NCBI GenBank assembly: GCA_965247095.1
Contig: OZ251997.1
Location: 1,728,001 to 1,792,000, forward strand
DNA: 64,000 nucleotides
Source of the DNA: Candidatus Multivorans sp.
GTDB lineage: Bacteria > Acidobacteriota > Thermoanaerobaculia > Multivoradales > Multivoraceae
Direction of reading: 5' to 3'
The notes under the pieces were generated by a model. That model was not told where the DNA came from. It was given only the letters and a program-made list of their open reading frames with translations, and ran no database searches. The position numbers and the translations under genes were made by a program. Below, piece by piece: positions 20,491 through 30,300 of the stretch (position 1 is the stretch's first letter; each line of letters opens with the position of its first letter).

Positions 20491-21037
20491 ACACCGCACC
20501 GCCGCCGAGCTTGAAGCCGGCTTCGACCATGTCCTCGCCTCACCCGGCGACGGCGGCACGCTCGAGATGATCGTTCGGCGCCCGGGCACAAATCGCCGGG
20601 AAGTGATCAACGAGGGCCGGCTCACTTTCGAAGCCGGGCTCGAGGGCGACACCTGGCGCCTTCGCGACGGTTACGTCACCGCGGACGGCGCCCCCGATCC
20701 GGACGCGCAACTCACGCTGACGAACTCCCGCTTCGCCGACCTGATCGCGGGCAGCAGGGACCGCTGGCCTCTGGCCGGCGACCAGCTCTACGTCGACCTC
20801 GATCTGAGTGTCGACAGCCTGCTACCCGGCGCCAGGCTCCGGATCGGCGACGCGTCGATCGAGATCAAGGCGCTTCCCCATACGGGCTGCAAGAAGTACG
20901 CGCAGCGCTTCGGCGCCCAGGCCCTCAGGTTCACCGCCACGCCCGAAGGCAGGCGGCGCAACCTGCGCGGCGTCTACGCGCGAGTCGTCGAGCCGGGAAC
21001 GGTCCGGGTCGGCGACCCCGTGCAAAGGATCGGGTGA
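20480..21037 (+). CDS. MOSC-domain protein
   Basis: GLEGDTW, LAGDQLYVD, PHTGCKK and LRGVYARVVEPG.VRVGD. Confidence 0.85.
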   Translation: MSAEHRTAAELEAGFDHVLASPGDGGTLEMIVRRPGTNRREVINEGRLTFEAGLEGDTWRLRDGYVTADGAPDPDAQLTLTNSRFADLIAGSRDRWPLAGDQLYVDLDLSVDSLLPGARLRIGDASIEIKALPHTGCKKYAQRFGAQALRFTATPEGRRRNLRGVYARVVEPGTVRVGDPVQRIG

Positions 21038-21450
21038 CGGAGATGACGATCACCAAGGGCATCCGGCAGCTCGTGGCCGAAGCCGACGCCGAGGTGGAGA
21101 CCGTGACGGTCGCCGAGGCCGCGGATCGTCAGCGTCAGGGGGCCTTGATCGTCGATCTGCGGGACATCCGAGAGCGGGCCCGCGACGGCTTCATCCCCGG
21201 TTCCTTCCATGCGCCGCGAGGGATGATCGAATTCTGGGTCGATCCCGACAGCCCCTACTTCAAGGACATCTTCGGCAGCGGCCCGGAGTTCATCTTTCAC
21301 TGCGCCAGCGGCTGGCGCTCGGCCCTGGCGACCAAGGCGGTCCAGGACATGGGTCTCGAGCCGGTCTGCCACATCGGCGGCGGCTTCGGGGCCTGGAAGA
21401 AGGCGGGTGCGCCGGTCGAGAAGACCGACGACGGCCGCGAAGCTCCGTAG
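21034..21450 (+). CDS. Rhodanese-like protein
   Basis: VDLRD..E, IPGS, CASGWRS active-site loop and GGFGAW. Confidence 0.9.
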   Translation: MTEMTITKGIRQLVAEADAEVETVTVAEAADRQRQGALIVDLRDIRERARDGFIPGSFHAPRGMIEFWVDPDSPYFKDIFGSGPEFIFHCASGWRSALATKAVQDMGLEPVCHIGGGFGAWKKAGAPVEKTDDGREAP

Positions 21451-21632
21451 CAACCCTCGGCAGTCGGTGGTCGAGGAATCGTGTGCCTTCCTCCAGAGCG
21501 CCTGACGGTAACGGGAGAGACGCCGCTCCACAGCCGGGAAACCGCACTCGTCCATCCGCCGTCGGACAGGACTTGGATACACCTTGGACCAGGCGAATTG
21601 CCGCACCATTGACCATTGCTGTCCCACAAACT

Positions 21633-22787
21633 TCAGAGTAGAGCGAGTTGAGTTCGCGTGTTGTTCGGGTCGGGTGGTCCGCTCGGAGGTTCGAAGAGGT
21701 CCAGCAGCGATCTTCGGTCGAACAGGTTGAGTTGCAGAAGGCGCAGGATCCGGCTCATGCTCCAGGACATCTTGTTGACGAACTTCAGGTAGGCGAGCAG
21801 GAGATGGACGCACACGGCGATCCAGATCTGCGTCATGACCGCGTTGGGCGAGGCGCCGACGAAACTCTTGATGCGCAGGTTCTGTTTGATCCACTTGAAG
21901 AAGAGCTCGACCTGCCAGCGCGCCTTGTAGATGTCCGCGATGGTCTTCGGGGCGAGGCTGAAGTTGTTGGTCAGGAACTTGTAGTGCCGGCCCGTCTCCG
22001 GGTCGCGATAGCCGACCCGACGCAACGGAATCGGGCACCGCTTGCGCCCCTTGACGCTGGTCAGCTCGATGGTCTGGTCCGACGTCACGCCCCGGCCGCG
22101 AGCGAACGAGCGCCGCTCCCGAACCGCGTACTTGACCTTGCGCTTCAGGCGGGTGACCAGGAAAACCCCTTGTGCATCAAGGTCCTTTAGCCATCCGAAG
22201 TCGAGGTACAGACGGTCCGCCGCCACGATGCTCCCCTTCGGAAGACGAAGCGACCGGGCCACCTCGAGGTCCGAGCCCTTGCCGTCGGTGACGTGCAGGA
22301 ACGACGGCAGACAGCCCTCGTGGTCGAGACCCACGTGCAGCTTCAACGCACCCTTGGTCTTGCGGTACTGCGCCCAGGGAAACACCGCCAGGCACAGGTC
22401 CACGTACGTCGCGTCCAGCGACACCAACTTGTTCCGGAACCGGAACCCATGCCCCGGCGCCGACGCCTGACAACGCCTCAGAAGGCGACCGAACAGCGCC
22501 TCGTACAGTTCGTGAGGCTGCTCTCTGTTCACCCGCGCCAGCGAAGATCGGGCTACCCGGCCAACGCCGAGATGGTACAGCTTGTGAGCCTGCGCATCCA
22601 GGTTCGACACGATGTCTCGCAGACTGCGCCGCCCGGAAAGCTGCGCCGTCGCCATCGCTACGAACTGGCCCCAGCGGCTCATCGAGCGCAGCTTGCGTCC
22701 CCTGTGATGCCGCCGGGCCTCCCGCTCGAACTCATGTCTCGACACCAGCTTGAGGAACTGGCCAAGTACGGTACTATTGTGCGCCAT
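21633..22787 (-). CDS. IS4-family DDE transposase (DUF4372-like N-terminus), copy 1
   Basis: LDATYVDL, AADRLY and the YREK signature YKARWQVELFFKWIKQ. Confidence 0.95.
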   Translation of the reverse strand: MAHNSTVLGQFLKLVSRHEFEREARRHHRGRKLRSMSRWGQFVAMATAQLSGRRSLRDIVSNLDAQAHKLYHLGVGRVARSSLARVNREQPHELYEALFGRLLRRCQASAPGHGFRFRNKLVSLDATYVDLCLAVFPWAQYRKTKGALKLHVGLDHEGCLPSFLHVTDGKGSDLEVARSLRLPKGSIVAADRLYLDFGWLKDLDAQGVFLVTRLKRKVKYAVRERRSFARGRGVTSDQTIELTSVKGRKRCPIPLRRVGYRDPETGRHYKFLTNNFSLAPKTIADIYKARWQVELFFKWIKQNLRIKSFVGASPNAVMTQIWIAVCVHLLLAYLKFVNKMSWSMSRILRLLQLNLFDRRSLLDLFEPPSGPPDPNNTRTQLALL

Positions 22788-22857
22788 GGGTCTGGATCTC
22801 CTTGCCGTCATTGGCTTTGCTTGAACACCAATCATACGACAAGGCACGGTTCAGACC

Positions 22858-24133
22858 CAGTGCTGTCCCACAAACTTCAGCGCAGTGCGAGTTGAGTCTG
22901 TGCGTTTCTGGGATCAGGGGGTCCGCTCCGGGGTTCGAACAGGTCCAGGAGCGGTCTTCGCGCGAACAGGTTGAGTTGCAGGAGGCGCAGGATTTCGCTC
23001 ATGGTCCAGGACATCTTGTTGACGAACTTCAGGTAGGCGAGCAGGAGATGCACGCACATGGCGATCCAGATCTGGGTCATGACGGCATTGCGCGAAGTGC
23101 CGACGAAGCTCTTGATGCGCAGGTTCTGCTTGATCCACTTGAAGAAGGTCTCGATCTGCCAACGCTGCTTGTAGATGGCCGCGATGGTCTTCGGAGCGAG
23201 CCTGAAGTTGTTGGTGAGGAACGCGTAGAACTTCTTCGTGTCGGGGTCGCGATAGCCGACTCGACGCAGCGGAATCGGACACCGGGCGCGGCCTCTGACG
23301 CTGGTCAACTCGATGATCTGGTCCGAGGTCACGCCCGTCCCAGGCGCGAACGACCGCCGCTCTCGAACCGCGTACTTGATCTTGCGCTTCAGCCGAGTGA
23401 CCAGGAAAACCCCTTGTGCATCAAGGGATTTCAGCCACTCGAAGTTGAGGTACAGCCGGTCCGCAGCGACGATGCTTCCCTTCGGCAGACGAAGGGACCG
23501 CGCCACCTCAACGTCCGACCCCTTGCCGTCCGTGACTTGCAGGAACGCCGGCAGAAAGCCTTCGTGGTCCAGCCCCACGTGGAGCTTCAGCGCCCCCTTC
23601 GTCGTGCGGTACTGCGCCCACGGAAACAGCTCCAGGCACAGGTCCACGTACGTCGCATCCAGCGAGAACAGCTTGTTGTGGAACCGGAACCCGTGCCCCG
23701 GCGCCGTCGTACGGCATCGCGCCAGCAAACGACCGAACAACGCCTCGTAGAGACCGGAGGGCTGCTTCTCGTTGACGCGCGCCAGCGACGACCGGGCCAC
23801 CCGGCCCACGCCAAGGTGGTAGAGCTTGTGAGCCTGCGCGTCCAGGTTCGACACGATGTCGCGCAGGCTGCACCGCCCGGAAAGCTGGGCCGTCGCCATC
23901 GCTACGAACTGGCTCCAGCGGCTCATCGAGCGCAGCTTGCGTCCCCTGTGGTGCCTTCCCGCCTCCCGCTCGAACTCATGTCTCGACACCAGCTTGAGGA
24001 ACTGACCGAGTACGGTACCATTGTGCGCCATGGGTCTGGATCTCCTTGCCGTCATTGGCTTTGTGTGAAAACCAATCATACGACAGGGCACGATTCAGAC
24101 CCATCCTGACCCTCCGTTTGTGGGACAGCACTG
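22858..24133 (-). mobile_element. IS4-family element (inner, 1276 bp) inserted in the left end of the outer copy
   Basis: Perfect 18-bp IRs CAGTGCTGTCCCACAAAC; 9-bp TSD GTTCAGACC at 22849-22857 and 24134-24142. Confidence 0.93.
22877..24031 (-). CDS. IS4-family DDE transposase, copy 2 (diverged paralog)
   Basis: Same motifs as copy 1; YKQRWQIETFFKWIKQ. Confidence 0.95.
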   Translation of the reverse strand: MAHNGTVLGQFLKLVSRHEFEREAGRHHRGRKLRSMSRWSQFVAMATAQLSGRCSLRDIVSNLDAQAHKLYHLGVGRVARSSLARVNEKQPSGLYEALFGRLLARCRTTAPGHGFRFHNKLFSLDATYVDLCLELFPWAQYRTTKGALKLHVGLDHEGFLPAFLQVTDGKGSDVEVARSLRLPKGSIVAADRLYLNFEWLKSLDAQGVFLVTRLKRKIKYAVRERRSFAPGTGVTSDQIIELTSVRGRARCPIPLRRVGYRDPDTKKFYAFLTNNFRLAPKTIAAIYKQRWQIETFFKWIKQNLRIKSFVGTSRNAVMTQIWIAMCVHLLLAYLKFVNKMSWTMSEILRLLQLNLFARRPLLDLFEPRSGPPDPRNAQTQLALR

Positions 24134-24306
24134 GTTCAGACCCATCCTTCCTCCCCGTTTGTGGGACAGCACTGACCATTGACATAGTGTTCACTTCCTG
24201 ATATTGAAGACAGCATATCTGTTTTCGGGCGGGCGAGAAAGTCCATCTTGTGGACAGAGGATTCGTCGCGCGACGGCCCAGCCATGCTCACTCCCCGCTC
24301 CCGCGA

Positions 24307-24362
24307 AACTATCGTGAAAACAAGTAAGGGACATAACTATCGTGAAAACAAGTAAGGGACAT
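24307..24362 (+). repeat. Exact 28-bp tandem duplication
   Basis: AACTATCGTGAAAACAAGTAAGGGACAT x2 (24307-24334 and 24335-24362). Confidence 0.95.
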
Positions 24363-27300
24363 AGACCGTGCCGGCCTCATAGTATGTCCGCGCGTCTTTT
24401 GGGAATCGGAGCGCTCAGGGCGGCAGCAATCCTCGGAGCGCTAGCCGTTGGCGCAGGTCCGCTCCACGGGCAGCGCCTGCTTAGCTTTGGCCCGCAAGTC
24501 GAGGTCCTCCCGAGCGTTGACGCCATAGGCACAGTCACCGCCATCCTCCCTCAGAACGCCCAGATCGACCTGGAGCTGCTCCGCTCCGGGCCGCTGCGAC
24601 TGGAAGTGCCGACTCCCGACGGCCGCCTGCTCGTGCTCGAGCGCACCGTCTTCGAAGAACGCGGCGGCGGCGACGTCATGTGGTCCGGACGCTTCCCGGG
24701 CGCTGCCTACGACACGGTCGTCTTGACGATTCGGGACGGTTCGCTCGTGGGCCGGATCGCCGAGCAGCTTGGAGGCAGCAGGTTTCAGATCAGCGCCGAC
24801 CCTTTCGGCGGCGGCCGGATGATGACCGCCGCCGCCGCGTCGACGGCCCTGGCACCCTACTTGGGGATACCCGGCCAGGACCCGGAGATACCCGGCCAGG
24901 ACGTGGACGACTTCTGCCCGGTCGGCCGGGGGCTGCGGGATCCGAGAGGTCTCCTGCGGTTCGAGCAGATCCCTCGGCTGTCCACGCTTGACCCCGAGCA
25001 GCTCCAACCGGGGCTAGTCCGCGCGGCGAGCAGCCACTCGGCCATTCTGGAACTCCTGGTCCTCTACACGGCGAGGGCTGCCAGCAACTGGACCGCGCGT
25101 GGGATGACCGCGCAGGCCGCGGTCCAGAACGCTGTGGACTACTTGAACATGGTGCTCCGAAACAGCGATCTCGACGCGAGCGCCACGCTCGTCCACACCG
25201 CCCAGGCGCCCGGACACTTCAACCGCGTCGCCGGCGACGGACTCGACTTGTTCCAGCAGGACCTTCTGTGGCAACTCAATTGGAATAGCGGTGAAGTTAA
25301 ACAGCTCCAGACCGATCACGGTACCGACATCGTCCACCTGTTCAGTGGCGAGCCGGGCCACTTGCTCGGTTGGTGCGGCGTCGCCTACGTCCCGGGAGCG
25401 GGCTACACGGCAGCGGACTTCGCCGACTCCGCGATGGGAGTGACATCGAACAACTGCGGCAAGGACGAGGCTGAGGTCTTTGCCCACGAGGTCGGCCACA
25501 ACCTCGGCGCCCATCACAATCCCGAAGCCGCTCAAACGACCAACCCCGTACAACCCTACGCCTTCGGCCACTACGACCTGGACGGTTGGCCCGCGGTCGG
25601 GACGATCATGAGCTACATCGGCGACCCCCAACCGACCTTCTCGACGGTACATCTCACGCCCGGTGGGCGTGAGATGGGCATTCGGAACGAGCGCGAGAAC
25701 GCGCGCGCGCTTGAGGGAACTGTAGACATCGCCGACGTCTACGACAGCGGTCTCCCTTCCTATGCGAACGCCCCGGACGCGCCCGGCGGCTTTCAGGCGA
25801 CAAACTCCGGTTCAACTAGCGTCGGCGTGACGTGGGAGGACAACTCCTCGAACGAAACCGGCTTTTATCTTGGTTGGCTGGACGCGGCAAGCAACACTTG
25901 GGCCTTTGGAACCGCTTCAGCCAACAGCGAGTCAACAACTATTCCGAGCTTGAGTTCGACCACTCGCTACTTCCTGTCTGTAGAGGCGTACCGCACTATC
26001 TCCGGTCAACACTATTTCTCCCCTGCGAGCTACACGACGATCGTGATGCCGGGCGCCAAGCCGACGGCACCAAGCGGACTGGCTGCAACCTGTTGCAGCA
26101 ACGGCATCTTGGCCCTGACGTGGACCGACAACTCGAACAACGAGAGCGGATTCGAAATCCACGCTTTGCGGGATGGCGCCGTCCTGTACAAAGTGCCCGT
26201 GGAAGCGAATAGGCAGAGCGTCAGCCTGTACGCGTCCTTCTTTCGCGGGGACCTGAGCTTTCGAGTGTACTCGTGGAACAACTCGGTATCGGGCTACGCC
26301 TATTCCGCAAGCAGCAACACCGCGACGCTGTCCATTGCGGCGCCGACGGCGCCGACGAATCTCAGGGCGAGCGCTTCCGGCCCGAACTCCGTGCGGCTGA
26401 CCTGGACGGACAACTCAAGCAACGAGACCGGCTTCTACCTTGGCGCCTACACGCTTGGGGGTTGGAACTATGGGTTCCAGCTTGCGGCGAATACCGAGTC
26501 AGCCGAGGTCAGTGGCTTGGCGCCGGGGGTGGGCTACTACTTCGTTGTCAGAGCAAACGACAGCAACGGCCTATCTTCGAACCCAGCCACGATCGTACTG
26601 GGCACGCTCGGCTCCGGCCCCATGGCGCCGAGCGCGCTCGCGTACACGTCAACAGGGGCTTCGTCGGGGCGTCTGGCCTGGACCGACAGCTCAAGCAACG
26701 AAACGGGCTTTGAAGTTCTCAAGTCTTCTTTCACCGACTTCGGTCGACCGGAAAGGCTCGGTCTGGTTGGCGCCGGCACAACGACCTTCGACGTCTCAGC
26801 GCATGCGTCGGACAACACGTATCGGGTCATCTCCTACAACGCCAGCGGCGCGTCACCGAGCAAGGCCCTGTACTTCGACATCGGCCTGGAGACCATTGAG
26901 CTATACACGAGCAGCGATCAGGCAGTGGCGCTGTCGCCCGACTTCGTTTGGGACACCTCGACCTACACCGCGACCGTCGCGCACAGCGTAAGCGACGTAT
27001 CGCTCTACTTTGGGCAGTACTCGGATGGCGGTTCCAGCGTCACCGTCAACGGAACGAGCGTCGCTCCGGCAACGGCGATCCCGATTGCTCTTCCCAACAC
27101 GGGGTCCACGACGAACGACATCTCTGTCGTGGTCACCGCGCCCGACGGTGTGACCACGAGCACGTACACCTTTCAAGTGACCCGGCAGGCAGACACGTCT
27201 AATCCGAAGATCACCCTGTTGCTGGATCCGCCGACGATCGACGAAGACCCTGCCGGAACGAACAGGTCGACGGTCAGAGCGACGCTGGCGGCGCCGGCGA

Positions 27301-30300
27301 CGTCGCAGTTCCAGTTTGAGATTTCAACCAGCGGCCTAGGCCACACGTTGAGCTCGAACAAGAAACTGCGGTTCAACCAAGGGGCGACGACGAGCACAAG
27401 GAACGTGAGGATCACCGCCGTAAACGACAGCACCGCCTCAGACGACCGCATTGTCACCGTCTCCGCAACTCTGGGCAACAACACACCGGCGACGGCGCCG
27501 GACAGCGTGTATCTCCTCATCCGGGAGGACGAACCGGCATCGCCTACGGTCAACCTGGTGTTGACGCCCTCAGCTATCGACGAAGACCCGAACGGCGCGA
27601 ACAGCTCAACGGTCAGCGCCACGTTGTCCGGGCCCGCTCCGGCAGACTTCACGGTAACGGTCAGCAGCAGCGGCAGCGGTCATTCGTTGAGTGCGAACCC
27701 AGTGCTCAGCTTCGCCCGGTACGCCACTACGAGCACCGGCACCGTGACGATCAGCGCCACGAACGACAGCGTCTACACCGCCAACCGAACAGTCACCGTC
27801 TCGGGAACACTGAGCACCGGCGCTTCGGCAACAGCGCCGGGCGACGTTCAACTGACCATCACGGAAGACGAACCGGCGCCCAGGATCGCCTTGGCGCTGT
27901 CATCGGCAACGATCGACGAAGCTGCGAGCGGGACGAACAGCTCCACCGTCACGGCGACGCTACCGACGGCGGCCCTTGAGGCCTTTGATTTGACCGTCCA
28001 GACATCCGGCGCAAGCCACGCCCTGAGCACGAACAGGGTTCTGCACTTCGCCAAGGACGCCACCGCCAGCACCGGAACTGTGACGATCTCGGCCGTCGAC
28101 GACAGCGACTACACGGGAAACAGAGCGGTGACGGTTTGGGGAATTCCAACCTGGGCCGCTCCCGCCTCGGCTTCCGACACAGTGACGCTCACGGTCGCCG
28201 ACGACGACACACCCACGGTCACACTGGTGTTGACGCCCTCATCTATCGACGAGAACCCGAGCGGCACGAACAGCTCCGTCGTTACCGCAACGCTGGCTCA
28301 GGCGTCGGTGTCGGCGTTCACGGTCACCGTCTCGACCTCGGGAACGGGCCACACGCTGAGTTCGAACCCGGTGCTCAGCTTCGCCGAGAACGCCACCGCC
28401 AGCACCGGCACCGTGACCATCACCGCCGCCAACGACGACAGCTACACCGGCGACGACACGGTCACCGTCTCCGGCGCGCTCAGCAACGGCGCGCCGGCCC
28501 AGGCGCCAAACGACGCGACGCTCACGATCACGGAGGACGACCCGCTGCCGAAGGTGGCGCTGGTTCTGGCAACGAACCCGATCAACGAGAGCGGCGCCGG
28601 CAACTCGACGGCGGTGACGGCAACCCTGCCATCCGCCGCGGTCTCGGCCTTCACGGTCACCGTCTCGACCTCGGGGTCGGGCCACACGCTGAGTTCGAAC
28701 CCGGTGCTCAGCTTCGCCGAGAACGCCACCGCCAGCACCGGCACCGTGACCATCACCGCCGCCAACGACGACAGCTACACCGGCGACGGCACGGTCACCG
28801 TCTCCGGCGCCCTCAGCAACGGCGCGCCGGCCCAGGCGCCCGACGACGCGACGCTCACGATCACGGAGGACGAGTCGGCGCCGAAGGTGGCGCTGGTCCT
28901 GGCAACGAACCCAATCAACGAGAGCGGCGGCAATTCGACGGCGGTGACGGCAACCCTGCCATCCGCCGCGGTCTCGGCCTTCACGGTCACCATCTCGACC
29001 TCGGGATCGGGCCACACGCTGAGTTCGAACCCGGTGCTCAGCTTCGCCGAGAACGCCACCGCCAGCACCGGCACCGTGACCATCACCGCCGCCAACGACG
29101 ACAGCTACACCGGCGACGACACGGTCACCGTCTCCGGCGCCCTAAGCGACAGCGCACCGGCCCAGGCGCCCGACGACGTGACGCTCACGATCACGGACGA
29201 CGAACCGCTGCCAAAGGTGGCGCTGGTCCTGGCAACGAACCCGATCGCCGAGAGCGGCGACGGCAACTCGACGACGGTGACGGCAACCTTGCCATCGGCC
29301 GCGGTTTCCGCGTTCACGGTCACCGTCTCGACTTCGGGAACGGGCCACACGCTGAGTGCGGACCCGGTGCTCAGCTTCGCCGAGAACGCCACTTCCAGCA
29401 CCGGGACCGTGACCATCACTGCCGCCAACGACGACAGCTACACCGGCGACGACACGGTCACCGTCTCCGGCGCCCTAAGCGACAGCGCACCGGCCCAGGC
29501 GCCCGACGACGTGACGCTCACGATCACGGACGACGAGCCGGCGCCGAAGGTGGCGTTGGTCCTGGCGACGAACCCGATCGCCGAGAGCGGCGACGGCAAC
29601 TCGACGACGGTGACGGCAACCTTGCCATCGGCCGCGGTCTCCGCGTTCGCGGTCACCGTCTCGGCCTCGGGGGCGGGCCACACGCTGAGTGCGAACCCGG
29701 TGCTCAGCTTCGCCGAGAACGCCACTTCCAGCACCGGGACCGTGACCATCACCGCCACCAACGACGACAGCTACACCGGCGACGACACGGTCACCGTCTC
29801 CGGCACCCTCAGCAACGGCGCGCCGGCCCAGGCGCCCGACGACGCGACGCTCACGATCACGGAGGACGAGTCGGCGCCGAACCCGAAGTCGAGCTCGAAC
29901 GCGGACCTGTCCGGCCTGGCGCTGGCTGACGCCGGCGGCCAAAGCGTGACGCTCTCCCCAGCCTTCAGCGCAAGCGTTGCGACCTACTCTGCGAGCGTCG
30001 CGAACGTTGTCGACAGCGTCACGGTCACACCGACGGCCACCGATAGCGCCACTCTCATTCAGGTGAACAACGTACCGCTCGCAAGTGGCTCGACAAGCGG
30101 GAGTATCGCGCTGCTTAACACGGGATCCACCGCCAACACGATCGCCGTGTTCGTTACGGCAGCCGACCGCGTGACAACGAAGACCTACACCATCCAGGTG
30201 ACCAGGCAGGAAGCCTCGCCGCCGCCACCGCCGCCGCCGGAACCGGATTCGAACGCGAACCTCGCCGGATTGGCCCTTGCCGCTGCCGACGGGCAAGCTG

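Larger units (their letters stand above)
21614..24174 (-). mobile_element. IS4-family element (outer; 1276 bp once the inner insert is removed)
   Basis: Terminal IRs CATTGCTGTCCCACAAAC (21614) and GTTTGTGGGACAGCACTG (ends 24174); 9-bp TSD ACCATTGAC at 21605-21613 and 24175-24183. Confidence 0.92.

Noticed and set aside
27204-29876. Long tandem repeats or the 28-bp duplication as a CRISPR array
   Set aside because: The units are in-frame protein repeats without unique spacers; the 28-mer has two adjacent copies and no spacer; no cas genes are present.
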